Shown here piece by piece: positions 30,273-39,348 of a stretch of DNA of 64,000 nt. The notes below the pieces were generated by a model, which had not been told where the DNA came from, did no database searches, and saw nothing but the letters and a program-made list of their open reading frames with translations. How positions within the stretch are numbered: position 1 is the first letter of the stretch; every line of letters begins with the position of its first letter. A program made the translations under genes and the position numbers. This DNA is from an uncultured Pseudomonadota bacterium (GTDB taxonomy: Bacteria > Oederibacteriota > Muellerivitia > Muellerivitales > Muellerivitaceae). The stretch spans positions 64,001-128,000 of the forward strand of contig CAWJKT010000006.1 of NCBI GenBank assembly GCA_963843375.1, given 5' to 3'.

Positions 30273-30418
30273 AAAGATTTCCCCTAAAACCCATACGGAG
30301 GGCGAAAAAGTTTTTGAAAACCTATTTTGTCAGGGTTTCCGGAAAAGAATAAGCTATTTCTTCAATCTTCAAGAATATTGTATCCAAAGAACTTTGAATT
30401 TAGTTTTGAGATGAACTT

Positions 30419-31496
30419 CTAGGGATTTTGGCGGTAATCCCAGGATGTGGTTGAAAGCGAAACCTCTGCCAAAGCTTCCTCCAAGCGGGGCCTATAGGGC
30501 GAGAGGCCGCAAGCGGGATCCGTTACGGTTGGATTTCCGGTGAGCAAGGCCGCCTGGCAGCGGCATCCGCCAAAATCCACTTCCTTGAGATCGCAGGAGG
30601 CGCAAGGTTCGGGCATCCATTGGGTGCCTCGAAAGCGGTTAAAGGATTCGGAATCCTTCCAAATCCAGGAAAGGGATTTTTCTCCCACGTTTTCCAATTT
30701 CAAAGATCCGATGGAATAGGCCGTGGGGCAGGGCAATACCTCTCCCCAGGGATTTACCGTGATATATCGCCGGCCCCAACCGTTCATGCAGGGTTTGGGC
30801 CGGTCGTAAAAATAATCGGGGATCACATAAAGGACTTCCATTTTCCCCTTCAACCGCGCTCGGGCCTTTTCAGCCACAAGCGAGGAGGCGAGGACCTGTT
30901 TCCGGGTAGGCAAAAGCTTCGACCGGTTGCGGAAGGCCCAGCCGTAATACTGGGTGTTGGCCACTTCTAGCCGGTGGGCGCCCATTTGTTCCGCCAGGTC
31001 GATGAGGGCCTCCAGTCGGTCAATATTGGCCCGATGGAGGACGATATTGACCGTGAGTGGCAACCCCAGTGAACGGACCAGTCTGGGCGGCTTCCAGTTT
31101 TTCGAATGGGCGTGGGTCCCGGCGATCTCATCGGCCAGGGATTCCTCATCGGCCTGGAAACTGAGTTGAACGCTGTCCAAACCGGCATTTCTAAGGGACT
31201 TGGCCCTGGTCTCTGATAAGCCCATGCCGCTGGTGATGAGGTTGGTATAAAGGCCCAAACCATGGGCATGAACAACCAGTTCTTCTAGGTCATGGCGCTG
31301 GAGCGGTTCTCCACCCGAAAAAAAAACGTGCAAGACCCCTAAATCCCGGGCTTGGTTCATAACCTCTTTCCACTTTTCCCCCGTTAAATCGCCGCCCTTT
31401 CCGGCTCCCTTCTCAAGCGGATTGGAACAATAGGGGCAATGCAGAGGGGCAGCGGTAGGTGAGTTCGGCTAAAAGCCCCAAGGGACGAAATTCCAG
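30419..31496 (-). CDS. pqqE: PQQ biosynthesis radical SAM/SPASM enzyme PqqE; frameshift near 31448, start unclear
   Basis: [22 protein letters not shown] restored by removing one C; SGGEP, YTNLITSG, ANTQYYGWA, KPCMNGWG, DFGGCRCQA, DPAC. Confidence 0.93.
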
Positions 31497-31536
31497 ATGG
31501 TTTTCCAGCCCTAGGGGTTCGCCGATAGAGATCTGT

Positions 31537-31837
31537 TCAACTTTTGTGGATTGGGTGGAAGGGCTCCGCCCATTCGATCAAACCCTTGGATTCAAGCCTT
31601 TGGAGTAAATTCCCGGACATCCCCTTCCAATTGGGAGACGGGGGTTTTAAAGAAAACGGACATTTTTCCCAAAAGTTGAGACAGGCTCCGGTCCCCGTCG
31701 CAAAAACCCAGGATCGCCGCGGCGCTTTCATTGAGGTTTAAAAGCCCCTCAGGAAACAAAAGCACCTGAAGACCCGTGGCAGGATCCTTCTGAAGTTTTG
31801 CCCTGGCCGCCAGTCGGGGAGCTAGATGATCTTCCAT
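31537..31837 (-). CDS. pqqD: PqqA-binding chaperone PqqD; frameshift near 31606
   Basis: VLLFPEG...LNESAAAILGFCDG; DVREF continues as LQRLESKGLIEW in the next frame. Confidence 0.88.
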
Positions 31838-31840
31838 GTT

Positions 31841-32542
31841 TCAGCCTTCCGCTCCGCCATAGGCTGCGGCCATAGCGTCCAAAAGATCCCACAAAAGCCC
31901 GCACTTAAAAGAAAGCGCCTTCACGGCTTCCTCTTGGAGCTCACGGGTATCGCAATAGGTAAAAGCCAGTTCCAAACCCTGGTCCGAATCCAACCGTGCT
32001 TGGGTCACGCGGGAACGAAAATAATCCAAACCCCAAGGCTTCACCCAGGTGTAGTACTTCTCGAAGGCTAGTATTCTTTCTTTCATCAGGTCGGGCGCAA
32101 AAAGTTCGGTCAGTGAGGAAGCCACCGCTATGGGCCAAGGTTTGGTGCGGGCAAAGTGAACATACGAGTCCACTGCCGCCTTGGCCTTGGGAAGAAGCCT
32201 CTGCCCTGATAATAGCTCATCCCGAGTAAGTCCTGTGGCTTCCCCCAGCCGGAGCCAGTTCTCAATTCCGCCTTCACCCTCTTTCAAGCCGTCATGATCG
32301 CTAATCCGGTGAAGCCAAATACGGCGGACTTCCCGAATGGGACAGTTGGAAATAATGGCAGCGTCCTTTATGGGAATATTTCGCTGGTAATAAAAGCGGT
32401 TGGCCACCCAGCCCCGTACCTGGTCGGGGTTGAGCTTCCCATCATTCATGTGACGATGGAATGGATGTTTGTCGTGATAACTGGACATCCCGATGGCTCG
32501 CAGCCGTTCGAGAAAGGAAGGCCTGTCTAAAAGGTTCTCCAT
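31841..32542 (-). CDS. pqqC: Pyrroloquinoline-quinone synthase PqqC
   Basis: YHDKHPFH, WVANRFYYQ, IPIKDAAI, RISDHDG, SSLTELFAP, LDYFRSR, FKCGLLW. Confidence 0.95.
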   Translation of the reverse strand: MENLLDRPSFLERLRAIGMSSYHDKHPFHRHMNDGKLNPDQVRGWVANRFYYQRNIPIKDAAIISNCPIREVRRIWLHRISDHDGLKEGEGGIENWLRLGEATGLTRDELLSGQRLLPKAKAAVDSYVHFARTKPWPIAVASSLTELFAPDLMKERILAFEKYYTWVKPWGLDYFRSRVTQARLDSDQGLELAFTYCDTRELQEEAVKALSFKCGLLWDLLDAMAAAYGGAEG

Positions 32543-32584
32543 CAAAACTCCTCAAATTTTACTGAAATATTTTTTCAGCGCCTT

Positions 32585-33499
32585 TTAAATCTCAAATTCC
32601 ATTCCGTCCAAGCCAACCTCCACGCCTGCCTGGATTACTTCCTGGTGCTGGGGTGTCGACTCTTTTAAAATGGGGTTTGTATTGTTGATGTGCATATAGA
32701 TTTTACGCCGGATGGGAAATTTTCGAAGGATTTCCAAGCTGCCTTGGGACCCACCTAAGGGCAAGTGGGCCATTTGTGAGGCCGTCAACTTACCTGTGCC
32801 GGTCTTAGTCATTTCCTCCTCGTCCCAAAAGGTGCCGTCCAAAAGAAGGGCATCGCAATCCTTAAGTTTTTCCTGGACCATTGGGGAAAGACCGGCGGTA
32901 TCGGGCAGGAAAACCAGGCGCCCTTGAGTGGCGGGATCCACTAACCGATAGCCCACGGCGCTTCCCTTCAAAGCGGTTGAACCCGCATATCGTGGAAGTT
33001 TGCCCGGGACTTCAAACGCCTCATAAAGAAGTCCGCTTTCCGAACCATCGCTTTTTAAGAGGGGTTTAAGGCTGGAAGGGGGCACATGCCAGGACACCCC
33101 GCCATAAGCTTTCAGGACTTCAGAGATTCTCAAACCCTCATCCAGGGCCTTTCGGACCGCGACGGGAGCGTGGAGGGGAAGAACGCCTCCCTCCCGAAGG
33201 ATGAAGATGCCAAGCACGTGGTCCAAGTCCGCATTGGTGATGAGAACCCCCTCGATGGAGGTCCCGCGAATACGTTCCGGTTGCGGCAACAAGGGGGGGA
33301 AAGACTCGATCTGATGGCGAATATCGGGCGAGGCATTCAGCAAAAACCAGGATTTCCCATCAGCACTGACCGTGGCCGAGGATTGGCTTCGCGCCATTAC
33401 ACCCGGACGGCCCTGCCGGGCTTCCAGGCAGAGGATGCAATTACAGTTCCACTGGGGGAAACCGCCGCCAGCGGCGGTTCCGAGCAATCGAATTCGCAA
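32585..33499 (-). CDS. pqqB: PQQ biosynthesis protein PqqB
   Basis: LGTAAGGGFPQWNCNC, LNASPDIRHQ, NADLDH, DGTFW, HINNTNP. Confidence 0.95.
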   Translation of the reverse strand: MRIRLLGTAAGGGFPQWNCNCILCLEARQGRPGVMARSQSSATVSADGKSWFLLNASPDIRHQIESFPPLLPQPERIRGTSIEGVLITNADLDHVLGIFILREGGVLPLHAPVAVRKALDEGLRISEVLKAYGGVSWHVPPSSLKPLLKSDGSESGLLYEAFEVPGKLPRYAGSTALKGSAVGYRLVDPATQGRLVFLPDTAGLSPMVQEKLKDCDALLLDGTFWDEEEMTKTGTGKLTASQMAHLPLGGSQGSLEILRKFPIRRKIYMHINNTNPILKESTPQHQEVIQAGVEVGLDGMEFEI

Positions 33500-33522
33500 A
33501 ACCGGTTTATGGCCGGATTTAT

Positions 33523-33615
33523 TTAAATAACGCTGTCGTCAATACCCGAATAAGCGGTGCATTCCGAATTCACGCTCACTTCTTCGATGATTGGCTTTAT
33601 CCAAAGATTTTCCAT
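33523..33615 (-). CDS. pqqA: PQQ precursor peptide PqqA (30 aa)
   Basis: Hand-translated MENLWIKPIIEEVSVNSECTAYSGIDDSVI; W.KP leader and E-xxx-Y core; RBS GGAGGT; directly upstream of pqqB. Confidence 0.92.
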   Translation of the reverse strand: MENLWIKPIIEEVSVNSECTAYSGIDDSVI

Positions 33616-33690
33616 CAGCTACCTCCAGTTTTTATTGCAAAACCCAAAAGGATTTTGCCACAGCCTACCTCCCAAAACAAGCCAAGCGGC

Positions 33691-36603
33691 CTATCCCAGG
33701 ATCAAAAGCTTCAAAACCCATCGTTTTCCGTTCGCCGTGACCACCACGTAATAAAGGCCGTTGGCAAGCGGTTTCCCTTCACGGTCCACCAACGAAACCG
33801 GTAACCTCGCGGTTCCGGCGGGTACATCAGGAATGGTTTCATCCTGCACTTCGCGGAAAGCCACCGTGAAAATCTGGATGCGCACGTTGCCGGATGAGGA
33901 AAGATTCAACAAGAGGGTAACCGGCGCCCCAATGGGAACCGGATTAGGATAAAAAATCGGCGTGGAGGTTGCGCCAGGGGTCATGGTGGGTGGAATCGTT
34001 GGACTCGAAGTATAAACAGGGGTTGAGGAAAGGGTTGAAGTGGGATTGGGGGTGAATGAGTAGGTCGGTGAAATGGTAGCAGAGTTTGTAGGTGTGAGAG
34101 TGGCCGTCAAGATGGAGGTGGGTGGGGCGGTAGCGGTTAAGGTGGAAGTTAGAGTCGAGGTAATGGAAGCAGTAGGAGTTTGGGACGCGGTCCTGGTTGC
34201 GGTAAGAGAGGCCGTAGAAGTTATCGAATTGCTTGGTGTTGGAGTAGAGGTTTTAGTGCTGGAGGAAGTCGCGCTGGAACTGGGGGACGCGGTCTGGGTG
34301 AAGGTGGGACTATTCGTGAGGGTAATGGTCGAGGTTTGAGTAAATGTTAAGGAAGAGGTAGGCGTGCCACTCGCTGTGGAGGTTGTGGAAAAGGTGGGAG
34401 TTAACGTTCCTGTTTTAGTAACCGAAGGAGTCGTGGTCAAGGAGGGGGTAGAGCTGAAGGTTGGGGTAATGGAGGCCGTATCGGTGCTGGTTGGGGTAAA
34501 GGTCATAGTCGAGGTAGGCACGGGGGTCAGGGTTCCAGTGAAAGAAGGAGTCGAGCTTTGGGTCAAAGTGGCGGTCATGGTGATGGTAGCGGTTGGAGTT
34601 TGGGTGGCCGAGGACGTGGAAGTGGATGTCAGGCTCGAAGTGGGTGTCGAGGAGGTCGTCTTAGAAGCCGTGGGAGTTGGAGTCAAGGAGGGTGAACCCG
34701 TTGCGGTCAAAGTGGCTGTTTGCGTTTGGCTATTGGTTGAAGTGGCAACGGGGGTATTGGAAGCCGTTAAAGTCGGGGTAGAGCTAGTCGTCATACTGGA
34801 AGTCGCAGTTGGCGTCTTGGAAGCCGTGGAAGTAGGGGTTGAGGTTGTTGTGGAAGTGGCGGTTGAGGTCGCCGTTAGGGTGTGCGTGGAAGTGGTGGTT
34901 GACGTTGCAGTTAGGGTGGGCGTGGAGGTGGGCGTTGAAGTAGGAGTTGCCGTCGCAACCGGACTGCCGGTGGAAGTGGGGGTGGGGGTTGTCAAAAGCC
35001 CATAAACCACCAGGCTGGAGGAAGTCGGTACGTAAACCTTGCCATTCACCACGCTGGGGGGCGCAAATTTGACACTGGCGGCCACGGCCGAATCTCGAGC
35101 GTCGTTTTGTTCGCTGTAATAAAGAGGAGTGGCCAAGTTAGTTGCGTTATAGGCAATAAGGGTGACCGGTGTTCCAGGGGCTAGAGCCCAGACGATACCG
35201 TTAGTGGTTCCATTAGAAGAAACGCTCGGGACACAACCTCCAGAATAAGTCCCGCCGAAAATGGCCGTAGTCGATGAGGAAGGAGTCGTCACATATTGAC
35301 CGTTGGCGAAGACAAAGGCTTTCAAGGCCACGCCCGACATACCCCAGTAAACAAAGTTGGTCACTCCGTTGCTGTAAATCGCCGCGGTTGTATAACCCTT
35401 TCCCCCGATGGCTGCCACGGTTTGGGGGACATTATTGGTTGTAGCGCTGAACTTACCCATACTGCCCGTGTCGGCGTCAACCACATAAAGATCGGCCGGT
35501 TTGTCCGCTCCAATGATGAGGCTGGGATGGGCCGTGGTTCCCCAAGATGAAGGCAAAAGTACTTGCCCCGCCGAACCGATGTCATTGTCCGCGCCGCTAA
35601 GGGTTGATTCGTTATAAGGGGAGAAATAATCCAATACGGTCACCGCATTGCCGGCAGTGTTCAATTTCAGGAAGCATTGTCCGTAATCCGAGACCGGTGC
35701 CGTTTGGTCGAATATACCGTTCGCGGATAGGTAGTAAAGGTTCCCCGCCGAGTCCACCGATGGGCCGTCCCCCGATTCCCAAAAGGAGGATTCGCTTCCA
35801 TTGGGGGATGCATTGAAAACGGAAACCTGCTGGGTGATGTTGGAAGCGCTATAGCCGATGACCCAGCCGTGATAATTTCCGGCAATCCCGTCGTTGTCGC
35901 AATGTCCGGTCCAACTGGTGTAAACCACCCCATTGACCAGTGCCAAGGCGCACCTTTCCTTGTAAGCCTGAGGAACAAAAGTGACCGCCGAAGCGCCGGC
36001 GCCATTCGTGCCTGGGAATGTCGCCCCGATGGTTTGGGGGCCGCTAAACTTTTCATCCCCGGTCGTGATGTCCAGCGCATGCAGGGTTTGAGTGTAAGTG
36101 GTAACTCCGGCCGAAATTTGCATGGTCATCGCCACGAAGTAGATGGTATTGGTGGTCGGGTCAATGACCGGCGTATCCGTGATGCCGATCACGGGGGAGA
36201 TTTGGGTGCAGTTACCGACATCGGCGATGGGAACGGTGGTAATCCCTGTGGCGGCATTCAGGAAACTGTCCTGCCAATAGGTCACTCCCGCCGTATCGGC
36301 ATCAAAGGCATAGGCGCTGTCATTTTCCGTAACTATGTAAATCACATTGTGGGTTCCACCGCCAATGCTGACCTTGGGCATGTAGAGCGGTTGGGCGTAG
36401 ACTTGGCCGTCCACGGCATCTGAAAAAAGTTTTCCAAAATTGGTACTGTTGACGTTGGTCGTGGTAAGAATGGTTTCGTCCTGGTTCCATCCGTCCCGGG
36501 CTTGGTCATTGTGGTAGGTCGTCAAGGAAGTTTGGGCGAAAACCGCGGAACCTGAAAGAAGGATAAGGCCAAAAGTAATTAACCGCACAGCGACCTTCCA
36601 CAT
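33691..36603 (-). CDS. Secreted PQQ-like beta-propeller protein with Thr/Ser/Pro stalk and T9SS-like C-terminal domain
   Basis: Signal peptide from ATG 36603; TYHNDQARDGWNQDETILT...FGKLF..VDGQVYAQPLY; LHALDITTGDE; KFAPPSVVNGKVYV; tail FYPNP...LANGLYYV...KLLIL. Confidence 0.75.
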   Translation of the reverse strand: MWKVAVRLITFGLILLSGSAVFAQTSLTTYHNDQARDGWNQDETILTTTNVNSTNFGKLFSDAVDGQVYAQPLYMPKVSIGGGTHNVIYIVTENDSAYAFDADTAGVTYWQDSFLNAATGITTVPIADVGNCTQISPVIGITDTPVIDPTTNTIYFVAMTMQISAGVTTYTQTLHALDITTGDEKFSGPQTIGATFPGTNGAGASAVTFVPQAYKERCALALVNGVVYTSWTGHCDNDGIAGNYHGWVIGYSASNITQQVSVFNASPNGSESSFWESGDGPSVDSAGNLYYLSANGIFDQTAPVSDYGQCFLKLNTAGNAVTVLDYFSPYNESTLSGADNDIGSAGQVLLPSSWGTTAHPSLIIGADKPADLYVVDADTGSMGKFSATTNNVPQTVAAIGGKGYTTAAIYSNGVTNFVYWGMSGVALKAFVFANGQYVTTPSSSTTAIFGGTYSGGCVPSVSSNGTTNGIVWALAPGTPVTLIAYNATNLATPLYYSEQNDARDSAVAASVKFAPPSVVNGKVYVPTSSSLVVYGLLTTPTPTSTGSPVATATPTSTPTSTPTLTATSTTTSTHTLTATSTATSTTTSTPTSTASKTPTATSSMTTSSTPTLTASNTPVATSTNSQTQTATLTATGSPSLTPTPTASKTTSSTPTSSLTSTSTSSATQTPTATITMTATLTQSSTPSFTGTLTPVPTSTMTFTPTSTDTASITPTFSSTPSLTTTPSVTKTGTLTPTFSTTSTASGTPTSSLTFTQTSTITLTNSPTFTQTASPSSSATSSSTKTSTPTPSNSITSTASLTATRTASQTPTASITSTLTSTLTATAPPTSILTATLTPTNSATISPTYSFTPNPTSTLSSTPVYTSSPTIPPTMTPGATSTPIFYPNPVPIGAPVTLLLNLSSSGNVRIQIFTVAFREVQDETIPDVPAGTARLPVSLVDREGKPLANGLYYVVVTANGKRWVLKLLILG
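33961..34990 (-). repeat. Low-complexity Thr/Ser/Pro coding repeat (TxTP-type, about 340 aa)
   Basis: Degenerate TPT/TAT/TST units with varied codons. Confidence 0.9.
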
Positions 36604-36869
36604 TTTTAAGGTAGGTTCGGTTAAAAGAAAAGGTCGCAAAGATGCCCCTATGGTAATCCGGTGCTTCAACACCGAAAAAGCTTCCAAAACCTTTGAATGG
36701 TCCCAAAGGATTGGAATGACGGTTAAAAAATACCACCTTTTGGCGATTTTTGTGGTCTGAAAGCCTTTTTTTTAGGAAACCGACTACACCGTTTACTTTA
36801 ACGTTCCAGATTAGTTGGTTTTGAAACCGCAAAAAACTTTTTTTAAGCCTCCAGACTGATCTATATTCC

Positions 36870-39329
36870 ATGTTCATGAAGACAAACGCCGCCCTGCCCA
36901 TTGACCCCCTCATCCCCGATATCATGGCGGCGCTGGAAAAACACAATGCCGCCGTCGTGACCGCCGAGCCAGGCGCGGGCAAAACCACACGGATTCCCCC
37001 TTTCCTTCTTTCAGCCGCCTTCGCTAAAAATAAAGAAATCTGGGTTCTTCAACCCCGGCGCTTGGCCGCCAAATATGCGGCCCTTCGAGTTGCTGAGGAG
37101 TTGGGCGAGGAACCGGGCCGAAGCGTGGGTTACCAGTTTCGTTTTGAGAAAAAATTAGGTCCGCAAACCCGTCTGCGGTTCATGACGGACGGAATGCTTC
37201 TTCCCCTGTCCCAATCCGATCCCACCCTGACCAATGTGGCGGCGGTGATCTTGGATGAATTCCACGAACGAAGCCTGGCCTTGGAACTGGGACTGGCTTG
37301 GCTCCGGCGTCTTCAATTGAGCTCTCGGCCCGACCTTCGACTCTTGGTCATGAGCGCCACACTGGACGCCGTACCCCTTTCGTCCTACCTTTCGAATTGC
37401 CCCGTGTTTAAAAGTTCAGGCCGGGTTTTTCCGGTCGCCGTCGAATACCACCCTTTTCCCCAACAGCCCGATTTGAGTCTCAAAGTCAAATCCGCGCTGC
37501 GTCAGGTAGAGGCCAAGGGCCTCCAAGGAACCACCCTGGTTTTCCTGCCGGGCTTAGCTGAAATCAAACGTTGCCAATCGGCCCTTGAAAAAGAATCGAT
37601 GGAAGTGCACGCCCTCTACGGGGATCTTTCCATTCAAGAACAACAGGCCGTGCTCAACCCCTCTGGGGGAAACAAGGTCATCTTGAGCACCAATCTGGCG
37701 GAAACCTCCCTGACTGTTCCGGGCGTAACAACGGTCATTGATTCTGGACTGACCCGCCAATCACGAGTCTCCGCCTGGTCGGGCCTGCAAAGTCTTGTCA
37801 CGGTCCCCGCCAGCCAGTCCTCGGCGACCCAGCGAACCGGACGCGCCGGGCGTCTGAAGGAAGGCTTCTGCCTGCGCCTCTTCACGAAGTACGATTTCGA
37901 CCACCGGGCTGCTTTTGATTTACCCGAACTTTTGCGAAGTGATCTTTCCAAAAGCCTTTTGGATTTATTGTTCCTTGCCGTAAAGGACATGGATACCTTC
38001 CCCTGGTTCCTGAGGCCATCGCCCCTGGCCCTTGAGGCGGCCCACCATTTATTGGTCCGCCTTGGCGCCCAAACTCCCGAGGGAGATCTGACTGAAACGG
38101 GACGCCGTATGGCCCCCTTCCCTTTGCCGCCGCGTTTAAGCAAGTTTTTGTTAAAGGTGGAGGAACTGGCGTCCGGGAATTCTTCGGCTTTACGACAAGC
38201 CTGCCGTTTGGCGGCCTTGATCAGCGAGGAAAGACCCGGTTCCGAGGATATCCTGGAGGAACTTGGTAAATTTAACCCCGGTTTTGAAGCCAAAAAACTC
38301 GAGGAACAGTTGGCCGGACACCTTTATCTGGGTTCCACCGTGGCAAAAACAAAACTGGAAGGCTCCCAATTATTGGCCCAAGGGCTCTTGGCCGCCTTTC
38401 CCGACCGGGTGGCCCGGGTACGCCCTGCCGATTCCTCCCAAACCCGCAACCGATCCGGCAAAGTCCGGGAACTCCTGCTCTCCTCCGGTGGAATGGCTTT
38501 CGCCCAAGACGGCGCACTCACTCGCGAACATGAGTTTTTCGTCGTAGTGGAAGCGCAGGAAGCCGCCCAAGGATCCGTAGGTCAGGTCAAGGCCAGGTCA
38601 CTGTGTCCGATTGAGGTCGATTGGTTGTTGGACTTTTTCCCTGATGATCTGGTAGACGAACAAACTTGTGAATGGAACGGAAAAGCTAAACGATTGGAAG
38701 GTTTCAAGCGCTTTAAATACGGCCAATTGGTCCTGGACGAAAAACCGCTTTCCCCCAGGGACTTCGGTTTGGAAGCTCAGGACATTCTTTTCAAGGAAGC
38801 CCTGGCCGCCGGCCCTTCCGCCTATTGCGACCCCGAAGAATTGGCGGCCTTTCTCAATCGGATAAAATTTGTCGGGGGGCGTGCCAAAGGGTTCCATGAA
38901 TTTTCACAAAAGTTAATGGAAGAAACACTCCAAAAACTCTGCCTGGGTTGTCGCGGTTTTGAAGACTTAAAAACCTCCGGTTACGTCGCCGCCTTAAAAG
39001 CCAATCTTCCTTCAAAGGACCAAGTTTTGCTTGAAAAATTGGCGCCCAGTTCTGTTTCCTTGTCCTTGAATCGCCGGATGATTGTCCATTACGAGGAGGG
39101 GAAGGCACCCTGGGGCGAGTCGCGCATCCAGGATTTTTTTGGTTTAAAACATGGCCCCACCGTAGCCGGAGGCGAGGTGCCGGTGGTTTTACATCTTCTT
39201 TCCCCCGCTCGAAGACCGGTTCAAGTCACCAGCGACCTAGCGGGGTTCTGGAAGAATCATTATCCCCAAATCCGAAAAGAACTTAGCCGCAAATATCCCC
39301 GCCATAAGTGGCCCGAGAATCCGCTTTAG
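36870..39329 (+). CDS. hrpB: ATP-dependent RNA helicase HrpB
   Basis: AEPGAGKTT, QPRRLAA, DEFHERSL, MSAT, TNLAETSLTV, QRTGRAGR, LLSPARRPVQVTSDLAGFW, YPRHKWP. Confidence 0.95.
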   Translation: MFMKTNAALPIDPLIPDIMAALEKHNAAVVTAEPGAGKTTRIPPFLLSAAFAKNKEIWVLQPRRLAAKYAALRVAEELGEEPGRSVGYQFRFEKKLGPQTRLRFMTDGMLLPLSQSDPTLTNVAAVILDEFHERSLALELGLAWLRRLQLSSRPDLRLLVMSATLDAVPLSSYLSNCPVFKSSGRVFPVAVEYHPFPQQPDLSLKVKSALRQVEAKGLQGTTLVFLPGLAEIKRCQSALEKESMEVHALYGDLSIQEQQAVLNPSGGNKVILSTNLAETSLTVPGVTTVIDSGLTRQSRVSAWSGLQSLVTVPASQSSATQRTGRAGRLKEGFCLRLFTKYDFDHRAAFDLPELLRSDLSKSLLDLLFLAVKDMDTFPWFLRPSPLALEAAHHLLVRLGAQTPEGDLTETGRRMAPFPLPPRLSKFLLKVEELASGNSSALRQACRLAALISEERPGSEDILEELGKFNPGFEAKKLEEQLAGHLYLGSTVAKTKLEGSQLLAQGLLAAFPDRVARVRPADSSQTRNRSGKVRELLLSSGGMAFAQDGALTREHEFFVVVEAQEAAQGSVGQVKARSLCPIEVDWLLDFFPDDLVDEQTCEWNGKAKRLEGFKRFKYGQLVLDEKPLSPRDFGLEAQDILFKEALAAGPSAYCDPEELAAFLNRIKFVGGRAKGFHEFSQKLMEETLQKLCLGCRGFEDLKTSGYVAALKANLPSKDQVLLEKLAPSSVSLSLNRRMIVHYEEGKAPWGESRIQDFFGLKHGPTVAGGEVPVVLHLLSPARRPVQVTSDLAGFWKNHYPQIRKELSRKYPRHKWPENPL

Positions 39330-39348
39330 GGCTTAAAAAAAATTATTT

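Noticed and set aside
33961..34990. Repetitive DNA as a CRISPR array or VNTR
   Set aside because: No fixed repeat-spacer pattern; repetition is at the amino-acid level with varied codons; no cas genes.
34073..35005. Val/Glu/Gly-rich plus-strand ORFs
   Set aside because: Antisense shadow of the Thr/Ser/Pro stalk.
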